Both the position numbers and the translations under genes were made by a program. A stretch of 63,177 nucleotides of DNA, counting the filler, from Chiloscyllium plagiosum (taxonomy: Eukaryota): assembly GCF_004010195.1 (NCBI RefSeq). It is 4 parts of one record of this genome, joined end to end, with 100 filler letters (N's around TTAATTAATTAA, not from the genome) between each part and the next. Parts side by side here need not be neighbours in the genome. Positions count along the whole stretch, not along the records: positions 17,059 to 45,065 come from NC_057716.1; 3 more parts are not named here. One strand, given 5' to 3'. Below, in pieces: positions 25,308 through 39,261 of the stretch. The first letter of the stretch is position 1. Each line of letters begins with the position of its first letter. The notes beneath the pieces were generated by a model that was given only the letters and a program-made list of their open reading frames with translations, made no database searches and was not told where the DNA came from.

Positions 25308-26974
25308 CTGAAAGGAAAAGCATTAAAAATCAGATTATCTATATAATCTAATTAATAAATGATAAATAAGCACAACTCAAGGGAAAACATTGCTTCAGTT
25401 TGAACTTTTAATAAGATTTAAACCTTGTCATTGGAAGTCTGGATTTCCTTTACTTTGGAATGTTAAATGTCTATTTGTGCTTATAAACTAATAAACATCA
25501 TCAGTAAGTTATTAATAACATAATGAATTGCACTATTTTAATTTTGTACTGGGCTTGTTCAATTAAAATGTCATGCAGGGCTTATTACAATAGAATCAAG
25601 GTGTAGTGTGTGCCTGATGACACTTAAGTTGATCATATGAAATCCAAGTGAATTTATTTTCTAATGGTTCAAGGCCACTGCATTACACCCATTCCAGATT
25701 CATCATGAACAATGTTGAGTGTCAACTGGCTACTGGCTGCCAATCATGAACTGGATGTTATTCTTGATAGGCAATGAGGTATCGAGGGAATGGATGGAAG
25801 GAAATGGCATCAAATAGGGCAAAGGTTTAATATGGGGTACTGTATTGTTGTCAAGGGACAACAAGTCATTTATCTCATCCCTGCACAATTCAGGCACTCC
25901 AGGGATAAAAATATAATATAATATGGCAGCCTGTTTCAGAAAAAAAATCAGAAATGTAATGAACCTGGCATTGTGTGTGTGCTCCTTTGCATTGTAACCC
26001 ACATTGAATTATGATAGATTACTTGGGACTGCCATGTTTATCTACGTGTGTCTCAAAGCATGATGTAGTTTGGTGTACAAGTCGTTACATTCTGAAAGAT
26101 TCATAGCAGGCTTCCCTGATCACTAATGTCAATGTTACTGAGCTTTAATGACAGTTTCAGTGTGTCAAAAGTGGCAAATGTGCAACATACAAATGATAGA
26201 TCACACATAATGAAGGAATCAAAATTAGGGTTTTATATTTAATTTATGAGATGCCATTCCGACAGCACACTTTCTTTTAAAATGGAGGAAAGATTGTTTC
26301 ACTTTCAATATCAAAAATTCAATATGGTCTAATCTAGTCAGCTAAAACTTTTACTAGGAATTCCTCGAATTAGCAAACATCAATATTATCACATTATTGA
26401 CATAAATGCACGAAACTGACATGCACTGAACTTTTGCATGAGGTTGCAGCTATGTGAACAAATGACTGAGAGTTTCAGCAGATAAATCACAGAATCAGAG
26501 TAAATGTTCCAGAAAATTCCAGTATAATCATAATTTTCATTTACCTAATATATGCCTACTTATCTTGGGCAACGCTGTTGAACTGTAATTACACTGAAAA
26601 ATTCCACAAAATTTCAAACTTTATGTTTTTAGCTACCTTCACTCATGTTTGTTCTTATTATGGAAGTTCACGGTGATTCCCCCTTTAAACAGATTTCATT
26701 TATTACTTTTCAACTCAGGCCAAAAAGTGGAATTTGCTACAAGCTAAATGATTTACAAAAGCAATGCCATATTCTAGGGAGGAATAAAAGCTTCTGTAAG
26801 ACTATAGCAAAATAAACTTTTTAAAAAATAACTGTACATAAGTTATAATAATGTCTTACAGGAATACTGATTAAAAGAAAACATTTACATTATTGCCATA
26901 ATCCATAATTTTCCCTGTGTTCCTAAATATAATTTTCTTATATAACAGGGACTATACAAAAGTAAGAAACTGAC

Positions 26975-27101
26975 CAGTCCTTCATGCCTTAGTAGATTTA
27001 TTGTCAAGCAAAATGAAAACAGCAGCTTGTCCTTTTCAAAGAGTGATCGGCACACATTCACATACAATGAATAAGTAAAATACTTTTGTAGAATCATCAA
27101 C
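26975..27101 (-). CDS. DNAH7: Axonemal dynein heavy chain internal exon (1 nt + [42 protein letters not shown])
   Basis: Acceptor tttgcag at 27102-27108 and donor GTCAGT at 26974. Length 127 nt, ending in phase 0. The peptide matches the conserved dynein motif [23 protein letters not shown] between AAA5 and AAA6. Confidence 0.9.
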
Positions 27102-28906
27102 CTGCAAATGTTGAAAAATAAATTAAAGATTAAAAGATATATTTAAAAATGCAACTATAAACAAGCTAGTGTTATTTTCATAGGTTATCTGCTTAATGTC
27201 ATATGAAAAATCAAAAATTTCCATCATGTATAAAGATTGCCTTTTTATTTTAGTGTTCTTTTAAAATTGTGGGTTGAATTGTAAAAGAACTATTGTTTAA
27301 AGAATGACGCATGTTGTGAAAAGCAACTGGCCTGACACTTAAGGCAAGCAGTGTGTAAATAGCTGTTGAAAAAGCAGTAATTGAAGTGATTGCAAACAAA
27401 TTGAAACCAAAGGGTTCTGTATCCAGATGCAGCTGGACGGTAACAAGACATTGAATGGTCAATGGACAACTGATTAATTATTGATGACAAAAGCCTTTTG
27501 CCTGCCAATGACCTTGTGATTAGTTCTCAGGTAACTGAACAACTAGGAGGTGGAATGAGGTAGAGAAATGTTTTGATCCCAACAGCACAGAAGCTCTGCC
27601 CTCTGCAGTAAAAAGCCATTTTAAATCTGAAGAAAACTAGTTCATCTTTACTTCAGCAGTTTTGTAAACTGTGACACTTAACTGCTAAGTCAGACACCTT
27701 TTATAAACTAATCAGCCACCTGTGTCTCTTGAAAACCAGTGGAAACATCCAAAGAAAGACAATAAAAAAGCAACATTCTGACCAGTACAAGGATCATTTC
27801 CTTGATCCGTTAGTAGAAACCACTCCAGTCTCCCACTTTTTGCGTGCCCAGATCCTATTTTTTCCTATTCATTTGTTTGTCTGTCTGAATGCGGGTAAGG
27901 AAGTGTTTATAGGGTGATAAAAGTTTTTAATTTATAGAGTTATATGCTGATGGTTTATCACTGTTTATCTGTAGCTGGAATCTAATCACTTGAAATAAAC
28001 AGCAAATCTTACTAAGTACAAACATAGCCCATGCTATCAACCTAGGTCTGGAAGTTAGATATATTCAGGAATTTTGTCACTTTATTTTGACAACTTTAGC
28101 TTTTTTGACAAGTCCAGTAATAGCAGGGCTCAATTTCCAGCACCTTACCCGGGTGAAGTATCACACAAGTCTGCTTGTCAGTTCATATAAAATGCAGCAA
28201 ATCTTTCAAAGATGTTCAGAGTTTGCAAGCTAATTTTATAATAGAGAAAGGTCTACTGCTAGAACTTGATTTTGTTTTAAATCTTAGAAATCTATCAAAT
28301 AATGTTCCTCTGCAATTTATTTCAAATTTGTGTTTATATTCAAGACAGGACATTTTTCATTTTCATTGTGGGCAATGACTAATTTCATGACAAGACATAT
28401 CGCTTCCCTTATTTCCCTTGCAAAATTCAGATGTCATTTTAGAGAGAATATTTTTATTTGAAAATATAAGTTACCAATTAATGGTTATTTCACAGGATAA
28501 AGATTAAGATATGTTTTAAACTTCTGCCTAGTTGTATGTGATAGCTTTATTTTTTAAACAGAAGTTGCTGTGCTGACAATTTCAGAAACGTGTTTAGGCC
28601 AGTGAAAAACTCGCAAGGAGTCCAATAATGTATTAAACTAATTATATTTTTGTGATGTTACTGCATACTAGTTGATGATGGCATCACACAGAAAGCAAAT
28701 ATAGAAATTTCTCTCACTTGCTAAAACCGTCACCCTAAATCCTACATAATTGCTAACTATTTCTATGCAAGTCAATTTCTACTTGTTATTTATTCTCTAA
28801 CACTGAATGGTAATGAGACCCTATGGCAGAACTTTATCAGGACAACAGAGGACCCTTCAGAAGCTGGAAAGCTTGGGGCAACACCACCTTAGCCATTTCA
28901 GGAAGT

Positions 28907-29005
28907 AAAAACAATGACAGCAGATGCTGGAAACCAGATTCTGGATTAGTGGTGCTGGAAGAGCTCAGCATTTAGGCAGCATCCAAGGAGCTTCGAAATC
29001 GTTCT
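28907..29005 (-). mobile_element. Truncated PLE family A tail, 13-bp TSD
   Basis: CATTTCAGGAAGT at 28894-28906 and 29006-29018. The insert matches 19578-19665. Confidence 0.8.
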
Positions 29006-29149
29006 CATTTCAGGAAGTCCTTACTGACCATCGAACAGGTAATGAGCTACCATTATGGCTCATGTTTCTCCATAGCGTTTTTGACTGACTGTTTTTTGGA
29101 ATAGTTCTTTATTTTAAAAAGTGAATTAATGATTTTATAACGAGATTGG

Positions 29150-29520
29150 AACATACACTCTCCACCCACAATGCTCAATTGCTGAAGTGTGTAACATCTC
29201 CAGGGTGCATGATAGGAATCCACCAAGACTCCTTTGACAGCACCTTCCAAATCTATGACTACTGCCATCTAGAAGGACTACATGGGAAGACCATGACCTT
29301 CATATTCCACCCCAATGCAATCGCCATCCTGATTTGGAAATCTATCAGTGTTCCTTCAGTGTCATTGGGTCAATTCCTTCCCCAAAGGCATTATGGGTTT
29401 ACCTACACCAAATGGACTGCAATGTACAAAAAGGCAGCTCACCACACCAGCTTCTCAAGAGCAACTAGAGATGGGCAATAAGTGCTGACCCAGCCAGCTC
29501 ACCTACCATGAATGAATGTA
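29150..29520 (+). mobile_element. Second-family LINE 3' end
   Basis: Similar to 23450-23640 (gatgggcaataa..gccagc). Confidence 0.7.
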
Positions 29521-29539
29521 AAAGGAGCCACCTACATTT

Positions 29540-31500
29540 AGAACAGAGAACATAGAACTTTACAGCACAGTACAGGCCCTTTGGCCCTCGATGTTGCGTC
29601 ACCATTAATCTGATGACCATTTAACCTACCTCATTCCATTATTATCCATATGTACATCCAATGCCCGTTTAAATGCCCTTAACATCAGCGAGTCTACTAC
29701 TGTTGTAAGCAGACTGTTCCACGCTCCTACTACACTCTGAATTAAGAAACTACCCCTAATATTCCTCCTAAATCTATCACCCCTCAATTTAAAGCTATGT
29801 CCCCTCGTGTTAGCCTTCATCATCTGAGGAAAAAGGCTCTCATTGTCCACCCTATCTAATCCTTTGATTATCTTATACATCTCAATTAAGTCACCTCTCA
29901 ACCTTCTTCTCTCCAATGAAAACAGCATCAATTACCACAGCCTTTCCTCATAAGACTTTCCATCCATACCAGGCAACATCTTTGTAAATCTCCTCTGAAC
30001 CCTTTCCAAAACTTCCACATCCTTCCTATAATGTGGCGACCAGAACTGCACGCAATACTCTAGGTGCAGCCTTACCAGTCTCTTGTACAGCTGAAACATG
30101 ACCTTGTGGCTCCAAAACCCAATCTTCCTACCAATAGATGCCAACACACCATATGCCTTCTTAACAACTCTATCAATCTTGGTGGCAACTTTTAGGCATT
30201 TATGCACCTGGACACCGAGATCTCTCTGTACATCTACAGTGCCAAGAATTTTACCATTAGCCCAGTACTCTGCATTCCTGTTACTTCTGCCAAAGTGAAC
30301 TACCTCACGCTTTTCCACATTAAACTCCATTTGCCACTTCTCAGCCCAGCTCTGCATCTCATCTATGTCTCTCTGTAACCCATAACATCTTTCAACACTA
30401 TCCGCAACTTTGTCTATCTTAATGTCATTTGCAAATTTACTAACGCATCCTTCTACACTCGCCTCCTGGTCAATTACAAAAATGACAAACAGCAGTGGCC
30501 CCAAACCAGATCTTTGCAGCACACCACTGGTAACTGAGTTCCAGGCTGAACATTTACCATCAACCACTAAGCCTCTGTCTTCTTTCAGCTAGCCAATTTC
30601 TGATCCAAATTGCTAAATCCCCTTTAATCCCGAAACTCCTTATTTTCTGCAATAGTCTACCATGTGGAACCTTATCAAAAGCCTTACTGAAGTCCATATA
30701 AACCACAGCAACAGACTTGCCTTCATCCACCTGTTTTGTCACCTTCTCAAGGAACTCAGTAAGGTTCGTGGGTCACGATTTACCCTTCACAAAACCGTGT
30801 TGACTATTCCTAATCAAATTATTCCTTTCCAGCTGATTATAAATTGTACCTCTTATAATCTTTCCCAACACCCTACCCACAACCGAAGTAAAGCACACAG
30901 GCATATAATTACCAGGATTGTCCCGACTCCCCTTCTTAAACAGGGGAACAACATTTGCTATCCTCCAGTCTTCTGGCACTACTCCTGTTGACAATGATGA
31001 CTTACAGATCTAAGCCAAAGGCTCTGCAATCTCCTCCCTGGCTTCCCAGAGTATCAAAGATAAATCCCATCTGGCCCCAGGGTCTTAGCTATTTTCAAAT
31101 CTTCCAAAATTGGTAAAATCTCCTCTTTGTCAATATCAATCCCATCCAATCTTGTAGCCTGTGTCTCCATATTCTCAATAACATTGCCCTTTTCCAATGT
31201 AAATAAAGATGAATAGTATTCATGAAGTGCTTCCCCATGTCCTCAGATTCCACACAACTTTCCAATACTAAATTTGAGTGGCCCTAATCTTACACTAGTC
31301 ATTCTTTTATTTCTGATATACCTATAGAAGGCCTTAGTGTTTTCCTTGTTCCTATCCTCCAACAACTTCTCATGCCCCCTCCTGGCTCTTCTTAACCCTC
31401 TCTTTAGATCTTTTCCAGCTAACTTATAAAGTTCAAGTCCCCTAACTGAGCCTTCATGCCTCATCCTCACATAAGCCTTCCTCTTTCTCTAGACAAGAGC
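29540..31500 (-). mobile_element. CR1/HER1 ORF2 RT, about 2 kb, frameshifted
   Basis: VPEDWRIANVVPLFKKG, YMDFSKAFDKVPH, HLEYCVQFWSPHYRKD, LERRRLRGDLIE. Confidence 0.95.
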
Positions 31501-32989
31501 TTCTTTAGTGAAGCATAAGCTTAAGATTTATTCCACAGCTGCCAAAATGCCCTAGCAGTAGCAAGGTGTCAGATATGCCTCATTAAACTAAGGGCACTCT
31601 CTCCGAACCCACTCCTTGAGAACCCACTAACTTCAGCCTATAAATGCACATATCTCCATAAAGATATATGGAGGTGTAGCCTTTCTAAAAATACATGGAA
31701 GATCAAAAACCAAAATGGTAATGCTCATATACGTCAAGGAAAAGACGAAAGGGTGAGGACCCAGAAATTATTGGAGGGATTTGTCAAATGGATAATGGAA
31801 CTTTAGTTATTTCCGTCAGAGTAGAAATGAAAGAATAGGCAGGATGAATGCCTGGCTTGAGGGATGATGCAGGAGGGAGTGGTTCAGATTTTTGGGATAT
31901 TGGGTCCGGTTCTGGGGGAGATGGGACTATTACAAATTGGACAGTCTATACCTGGGCCAGACTAGAACCAATGTCCTCGGAGGTGCTTTTGCTAATGTAG
32001 TTGGGAATGTTTAAACTAATATGGCAGGGGGATGAGAACCAAATGAGGAGGTTAGTAGCCAGTGAAGAGGTAGTAACTAAAGCCTGTAAGGAACTAGATA
32101 ATGCAGTCAGCGTGACTAAGGGGAAGAGTAGGCAGGGAGCAGATGATGAACATAAAGGGTTAGATGGTCTGAGGTGCATTTGTTTTAATGAAAGAAAAGT
32201 AGTAGGTAAGGCAAATGAACTTAGGGCTTGGATTAGTACCTGGGAGTATGATGTTATTGCTATTACTGAGACTTGGTTGAGGGAAGGGCATAATTGGCAA
32301 CTAAATATCCCAGGAAATAGATGCTTCAGGTCCGATAGAGAGGGAGGTAAAAGGGATGGAGGAGTTGCATTACTGGTCAGAGAGGATATCACAGCTGTGC
32401 TGAAGAAGGGCACAATGCAGGACTCAACAGTGAGGCAATATGGGCAGAGCTCAGAAAAAGGACGGGTGCAGTAACAATGTTGGGGCTATACTACAAGTCT
32501 CCCAACAGTGAGCATGAGATAGAGGTACAAATATGTAAACAGATTATGGAAAGATATAGGAGTAACAAGGTGGGAGTGGTGATGGGAGATTTTAATTTTC
32601 CCAACATCGACTGGGATTCACTTAGTGTTAGAGGTCTAGATGGAGCAGAATTTGTAAGGAACATTCAGGAAGTTTTTATAGAGCGATATGTAAATAGTCC
32701 AACCTGGGAAGGGGCCATACTGGACTTGGTGTTGGGGAATGAGCCTGGCCTGGTGGCTAAAGGTTAAGTAGGGGATTACTTTGGGAATAGTGATCACAAT
32801 TCCATAAGTTTTAGAATACTCATGGACAAAGATGAGAGTGGTCATAAAGGAAGAGTGCTAAATTGGGGGAATGCCAATTATAGCTAAATTCAGCAGGAGC
32901 TGGGGAATGTGAATTGGGAGTAGTTTTTGAAGGTAAATCTACATTTGATATGTGGGAGGCTTTTATAAAGAGGTTGATTAGAGTGTAGG

Positions 32990-33191
32990 GAGAAAGTGAG
33001 CACTGAAGATGCTGGAGATCAGAGACAAAGAGTGTGGTGCTGGAAAGGCACAGCCAGTTAGGCAGCACCTGAGGAGCAGAAGAATCGACGTTTCGAGCAT
33101 TAGCCCTTCATCGAAAAATGTGGTGAAGAACCTATGCTCCTCAAATGTTGCCTGACCGGGTCTACCTTTCCAGCATCACACTATTCTACTC
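32990..33191. mobile_element. Fold-back PLE family A insert inside CR1
   Basis: TSD tgattagagtgtagg (32975-32989) / tgattacagtgcagg (33192-33206). Confidence 0.75.
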
Positions 33192-34387
33192 TGATTACAG
33201 TGCAGGACAGAGATATCCCTGTGAAAATGAGGGATAGAAATGGCAAGATTAGAGAACCATGGATGACAGGTGAAATTGTGAGACCAGCTAAGAGGAAAAA
33301 GGAAGCATACATAAGGTCTAAGCGATTGAAAACAGACTAAGAATATTGGGAAAGTAGGATGAACCTGAAATTAGGAATTAACAGGGCTAAAAAGGGTCAG
33401 GAAATATCTTTAGCAAACAGGGTTAAGGAAAATCCCAAACTCTTTTATTCGTATATAAGGAGCAAGAAAGTAACTACAGCAAAGGTTGGCTCAGTCAAGG
33501 ACAAAGGAGGAAAGTTATGTGTGGAGTCAGAGAAAATGGGTGAGATTCTTAATGAATACTTTGCATGGTATTCACTGTGCGGAGGGACATGATATATGTT
33601 GAAATTAGGGATAGATGTTTGATTACTCTAGGTCAAGTTGGTATTAGGAGGGAGGAATTGTTGGGTATTCTAAAAGGCATTAAGCTGGACAAGTCCCCAG
33701 ATCCGGATGGGATCTATCCCGGGTTACTGAGGGACATGACAGAGGAAATAGATGGGGCCTTAACAGATATCTTTGCAGCATGGGGACACGGGTGAGGTCG
33801 CAGAGGACTGGAGAATTGTTAATGTTGTGCCTTTGTTTAAGAAGGGTAGCAGGGATGATCCAGGTAATTATAGACTAGTGAGCCTGACCTCAGTGATAGG
33901 GAAGCTGCTAGAGAAGATCCTGAGAGATAGGATCTATTTACATTTGGAAGAAAATGGGCTTATCAGTGATAGGCCAGGTATTGTGCAGGGGAGGTTATGT
34001 CTTACCAACTTAATAGAATTCTTTGAAGAATTGACAAATTTGATTGATGAGGGAATGGTTGTAGATGTCATACACATGGACTTCAGTAAGGCATTTGATA
34101 AGGTTCCCCATGATAGGCTGATGGAGAAAGTGAAATCACATGGGGTCCAGGGTGTAATAGTTAATTGGATAGAGAACTGGCTCGTCAGCAGAATATAGAG
34201 AGCAATAGTGGAAGGGAGTTTCTCAAAATGGAGAACTGTGATCAGTGGTGTTCCACAGGGATCTGTACTGGGACCACTGTTGTTTGTGATATATATAAAT
34301 GATCTGGAGGAAGGTATAGCTGGCTGATTAGCAAGTTTGCAGATGACACTAAGATTGGTTGAGTAGCAGATAGTGAAGGTTTCTGTC

Positions 34388-35003
34388 ATAGAGTCATAGA
34401 GATGTACAGCATGGAAACAGACCCTTTAGTCCAACCTGTCCATGCCGACCAGATATCCCAACCCAATCTAGTCCCACCTGTCAGCACTCAGCCCATATCC
34501 CTCCAAACCCTTCCTATTCATATACCCAAATGCCTCTTCAATGTTGCAATTGTACCAGCTTCCACCACATCCTCTGACAGCTCATTCCATACACGTACCA
34601 GCTTCTGCATGAAAAAGTTGCCTCTTAGGTCTCTTTTATATCTTTCCCCTCTCACCCTAAACCTATGCCCTCTAGTTCTGGACTCCCCGACCCCAGGGAA
34701 AAGACTTTGTCTATTTATCCTATCCATGCCCCTCATAATTTTGTAAACCTCTATAAGGTCTCCCCTCAGCCTCCGACGCTCCAGGGAAAACAGCCCCAGC
34801 CTGTTCAGCCACTCCCTATAGTTCAAATCCTCCAACCCTGGCAACATCCTTGTAAATCTTTCCTGAACCTTTTCAAGTTTCACAACATCTCTCCGATAGG
34901 AAGGAGACCAGGATTGCACACAATATTCCAACAGTGGCCTAACCAATGTCCTGTACAGTCGCAACATGACCTTCCAACTCCTGTACTCAATACTCTGGCC
35001 AAT
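34388..35003 (-). mobile_element. Younger CR1/HER1 3' fragment, antisense to its host
   Basis: Open 149-aa RT C-terminus and ctctatga tail. Confidence 0.9.
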
Positions 35004-35603
35004 GAACGATGTTGCCGTGTATGGAGAGTGCTAGCTACGAAGAGAGGTGGGGTAGATTAGGATTATTTTCATTAGAAAGACAGAGGTTGAGGGAGGACCT
35101 GATTGAGGTCTACGAAATCATGAGAGGTATAGACAGAGTGGATAGCAAGAAGCTTTTTCCAAGAGTGGGGGACTCAATTACTAGAGGTAATGAATTCAAG
35201 GTGAGAGGGAAACGTTTAAGGGAGATATGTGTGGAAAGTTCTTTATGCAGAGGATGGTGAGTGCCTAGAACATGTTGCCAGTGGAAGTGGTAGAGGCAGG
35301 CATGATAACGTCATTTAAAATGTAGACAGATACATGAATTGGGTGGGGAGCAGAGGGATACAGATCCTTAAAAAATAGGCAACAGGTTTAGATAGAGGAT
35401 TTGGATCAGCACAGGCTTGGAGAACTGACGGACCTTTTCCTGTGCTGTAATACCCTTTGTTCTTTGTTCTAAATAGATCCACTCTTACCACCAGTTGAGG
35501 ATGCACATCTGTTCAGAGGTTTTACTGTACCATTCAAAGACGTTTTATCCACTTCACTACTTCATCCCTCTCTTCCCATCTCAACAGTGAATGGAAATTT
35601 ACA

Positions 35604-35787
35604 TTAGATTAGATTAGATTAGATTTTTGTGACTGTGGGAGGAAACCGGAGCACCCGGAGGAAACCCACGCAGACACGGGGAGAACGTGCAAACTCCACA
35701 CAGTCAGTCGCCTGAGTCGGGAATTGAACCCGGGTCTCTGGCGCTGCGAGGCAGCAGTGCTAACCACTGTGCCACCGTGCCGCCCAC
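35604..35787 (-). mobile_element. Internally deleted HE1 SINE
   Basis: tRNA head and V-domain joined directly to (CTAAT)n. Confidence 0.9.
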
Positions 35788-35904
35788 ATCTAGTGCCATG
35801 TATCAATACTTACATAGTGTTGCAAAAAACAGAAAATGTTCACATTTACAATATAGAGTAAGGGAATTATATCTTTACTCTAAGTATGGCTACTGTCAAA
35901 TGAT

Positions 35905-36040
35905 AATAGCAAATTACTGCAGATGCTGGAATCTGAAACCAAAAGAGAAAATGCTGGAAAATCTCAGCAGGTCTGGCAGCATCTGTAAGGAGAGAAAAGA
36001 GCTGATGTTTCGAGTCTAACTGGCCTTTTATCAAAGCTTC
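35905..36040 (-). mobile_element. Family A-related PLE tail
   Basis: ctgcagatgctgga..ctcagcaggtctggcagcatct..gatgtttcg. Confidence 0.6.
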
Positions 36041-36049
36041 CATAAAAGT

Positions 36050-38965
36050 AAGATTTTACTTGAAGTAAAGCAAATTTTAATGGTATGAGACAAGAACTTT
36101 CAAAAACTGATTGAAGTAGACTGTTCGCAGGGAAAAGGACATCTGATAAGTGGGAGGCTTTCAAAAGTGTGATAATGTGAGTTTGTGTTAGAGTGAAAGG
36201 TAAAGCTGGTAGGATTAAGGAACAATGGATGAATAAAGATATTGAGGCTCTAATCTAGAATAAAAAATCATCTATTAGGTATAGATACCTTAGTTCAAAT
36301 GAACAGTGTAAAGTATGCAGGAACATTCTTAAGAGAGAGATCAGGAGGGCAAAGAATAGATATGAAATAGCTTTGGCAGATAAGGTTAAGGATAATCCAA
36401 AGAGATTCTACAAATACATTAAGAGCATGAGAGCAACTAGAGAGAGAGTTAGGCCCCTTAAAAATCAAAGAGGTCATGTTTACATTGAACCTCAGGAGAT
36501 GGGGGCGATATTAAATGAATATATCGCATTTACTATGGAGAAAGAAATGGAGGCTAGAGAACTCAGACAAATAAGTACTGATGTTTTGAAAACCGTTTAC
36601 ATCACAGAAAAGGAAGTGCTGGACTTAGAAAATATAAATCGCTAGGACCTGATCTAGTATATCCCAGGATGTTATGGGAAGTTAGGGAGGAAATTGCAGG
36701 GCCCTTCGCAGAAATATTTGTGTCATCTATTTTTCAGAGTAAGGTGCCAGATGACTAGAGAGTGGTTAATGTTATCCCTTGTTTAAGGAGGGGTTGTAAG
36801 GACAAGCCTGGTAACTATAGACCTCTGATGGGTGAGTTGTTGGAGGTGAAAGCTAGGATTTACATGCACTTGAAGAGGCATGGACTGATTAGGGATAGTC
36901 AGCATGGTTTTGTGCAAGGGAAATCATCTTCACTATTTTGACAGATTTTTGAGCAAGCAACCAAGATGATTGATGAGGGCAAAGTGATGGGTGTTGTTTA
37001 CTTGGACGTTAGTAAAGCCTTTGAATAAGGTTCCACATGGTAGACTAATTAGTAAAGTTAGATCGCATGGGATTCAGTGTGAGCTTGCCATCTGGATACA
37101 AAATTGGCTTTATGGCATTGAGACAAAGAGTGGTGGTGGAGGGATGTTTTTTGTTTGGCAGCCTTTACCAGTAGTGTTCTACAGGGTTCAGTGCTGGGTC
37201 CACTTTTGCTTCTCATTTATATAAATGATTTAGATGAGAATTTAGGCTTGGTTGGTAAGTTTGCAGATGACACCAAAATTGGTGGTAAGTGGACATTGAA
37301 GAGGGTTATGTAAAATTACAAAGAGATTAGATTAGATTAGATTACTTACAATGTGGAAACAGGCCCTTCGGCCCAACAAGTCCACACCAACCCTCCAAAA
37401 AGCAACCCACCCAGACCCATTCCCCTACATTTACCCCTTCACCTAACACTATGGGCAATTTAGCGTGGCCAATTCACCTAACCTGCACATTTTTGGACTG
37501 TGGGAGGAAACTGGAGCACCTGGAGGAAACCCACACAGACACGATCTTAATCAATTGGGTCAATGGACTGAGGAGTGGCAGATGGAGTTAATTTGGATAA
37601 ATACAAGATAATGTATTGTGGTAATATAAACAACGCCAGTACTTATACAATTAAAAGTAGGGCTGCTTGTACAAATAAAAACAAATAGTGCTATAGAGTC
37701 ATAAAGGCATAGAAATATACAACATGGAATCAGACCCTTTGGTCCAACTTGTTCATGCCGACCAGGTAGCCTAAATAAATCTAGTCCCATTTGTCAGTAT
37801 TTAGCCCATATCCGTCCAAACCCTTCCTATTCATATATCCATCTAGATGCCTTTTAAATGTTGTAATTGTACCATCCTCCACCACTTCCTCTGGCAGCTC
37901 ATTCCATACATGCACTGTTCTGTGCATGAAAAAGTTGCCCTTTAGGTCCCTTTTAAATCCTCCACCTCTTATCCTAAACCTATGCCATCTAGTTTTGAAC
38001 TCCCTCACTCTGGGGAAACAACCTTGGCTATTTACCCAATCTATGCCCCTCATGATTGTATAAACTTTCATAAGGTCACCCCTCAGCATCCGACACTCCA
38101 AAACCCCAAACTATTCAGCCTCTCCCTATAGCTCAAATGCTCCATCCCAAGCAACATTCTTGTAAATCTTTTCTGAACCCTTTCAAGTTTCACAATATCC
38201 TTCTTATAGGAGGGAGTCCAGAATTGCGCACAGCATTCCAAAAGTAACAGCCTAATGAACAGAGAGACCAAGGGGTTCATGTACATATTTCTTTGAAGCT
38301 TGCATCACATGCAGACAGGGCAGTTAGGAAGGTAGTTAGCATGCTTGCCTTCATTGCTTGGACATTTGTATATAGGAGTTGGGACATAATGTTGAGGTTG
38401 TACAGGATGTTGGTGAGGCCTTTTCTGGAGAGTGCTATGTCCAGTTCTGGTTGCCCTGTTATGAGAATAATGTATTCAGCTAGAGAAAGTTCAGAAAAGG
38501 CTTACAAGGATGTTGCTGGGAATGAAGGATTTGGGTTACAAGGATAGGCTAGATACGCTGGGACTTTTTTCACTGCAGCATAGGGTTGAAGAGTGACCTT
38601 ATAGAGATTTACAAAAGCATAAGGAGTTTAGATCAGGTGACTGGCAGGGTGCCTTTTCCCTGGGGTTGGAGATTGCAAGACCAGAGGGCATACTGTTATG
38701 GCGAGAGGAGAAAAATTTTAAAAATACATGAGGGGAAACATTTTTACACACGCAGTGGTTAGTGAGCAGAATGAACTTCCAGAGGAAGTGGTGGGTGTGT
38801 ATACAGTTACAATGTTTAAAAGATGTTTGGATAAGTACATGAATAAGAAATGTTTGGAAAGATATGGGCCAAGCGCAGGCAGGTGAGGCTAATTTAGATG
38901 AGGATGATGGATAGCATGGATTGTTTGGACTGAAGGATTTGTTGCTGTGTTGCTTGACCTTATGA
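36050..38965 (+). mobile_element. Decayed CR1/HER1 ORF2 with nested HE1 (37324-37542, -) and CR1 3' end (37692-38255, -)
   Basis: ADKVKDNPKRFYKYIKS, KVPHGRLISKVRSHG, and tttgcagatgacacc (FADDT). Confidence 0.9.
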
Positions 38966-39261
38966 CAAGGAACTGGAGTCTACATCTGCAGAGCTCCGTT
39001 AAAAATGTCCTTTATCACGATTCTTTGCATACAGTTATGTTTAATAAAGATTGTTAATGTTCACTCATTTGAACATGGACCTCACATTACTACATGGCAG
39101 TAACAATGACCAGACCCACAGAATCGAAGGCAGGAAAGAAAAGCTCAAAGTGAAGCTCAGCGATGGTAAACCACTAGGTCAATTAAGCGATCCAAATCTC
39201 GAAGTGGGAGAAACACCTGAAGTGAAGCTCAGCTATGGTAGGTGCTCATGAGTGATGGGCT

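Larger units (their letters stand above)
31830..35470 (+). mobile_element. Long decayed CR1/HER1 (ORF1 esterase end, APE endonuclease, RT, 3' UTR)
   Basis: YDVIAITETWL, MGDFNFPNIDW, ILDLVLGNEP and RT motifs. It hosts inserts at 32990-33191 and 34388-35003. Confidence 0.95.
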
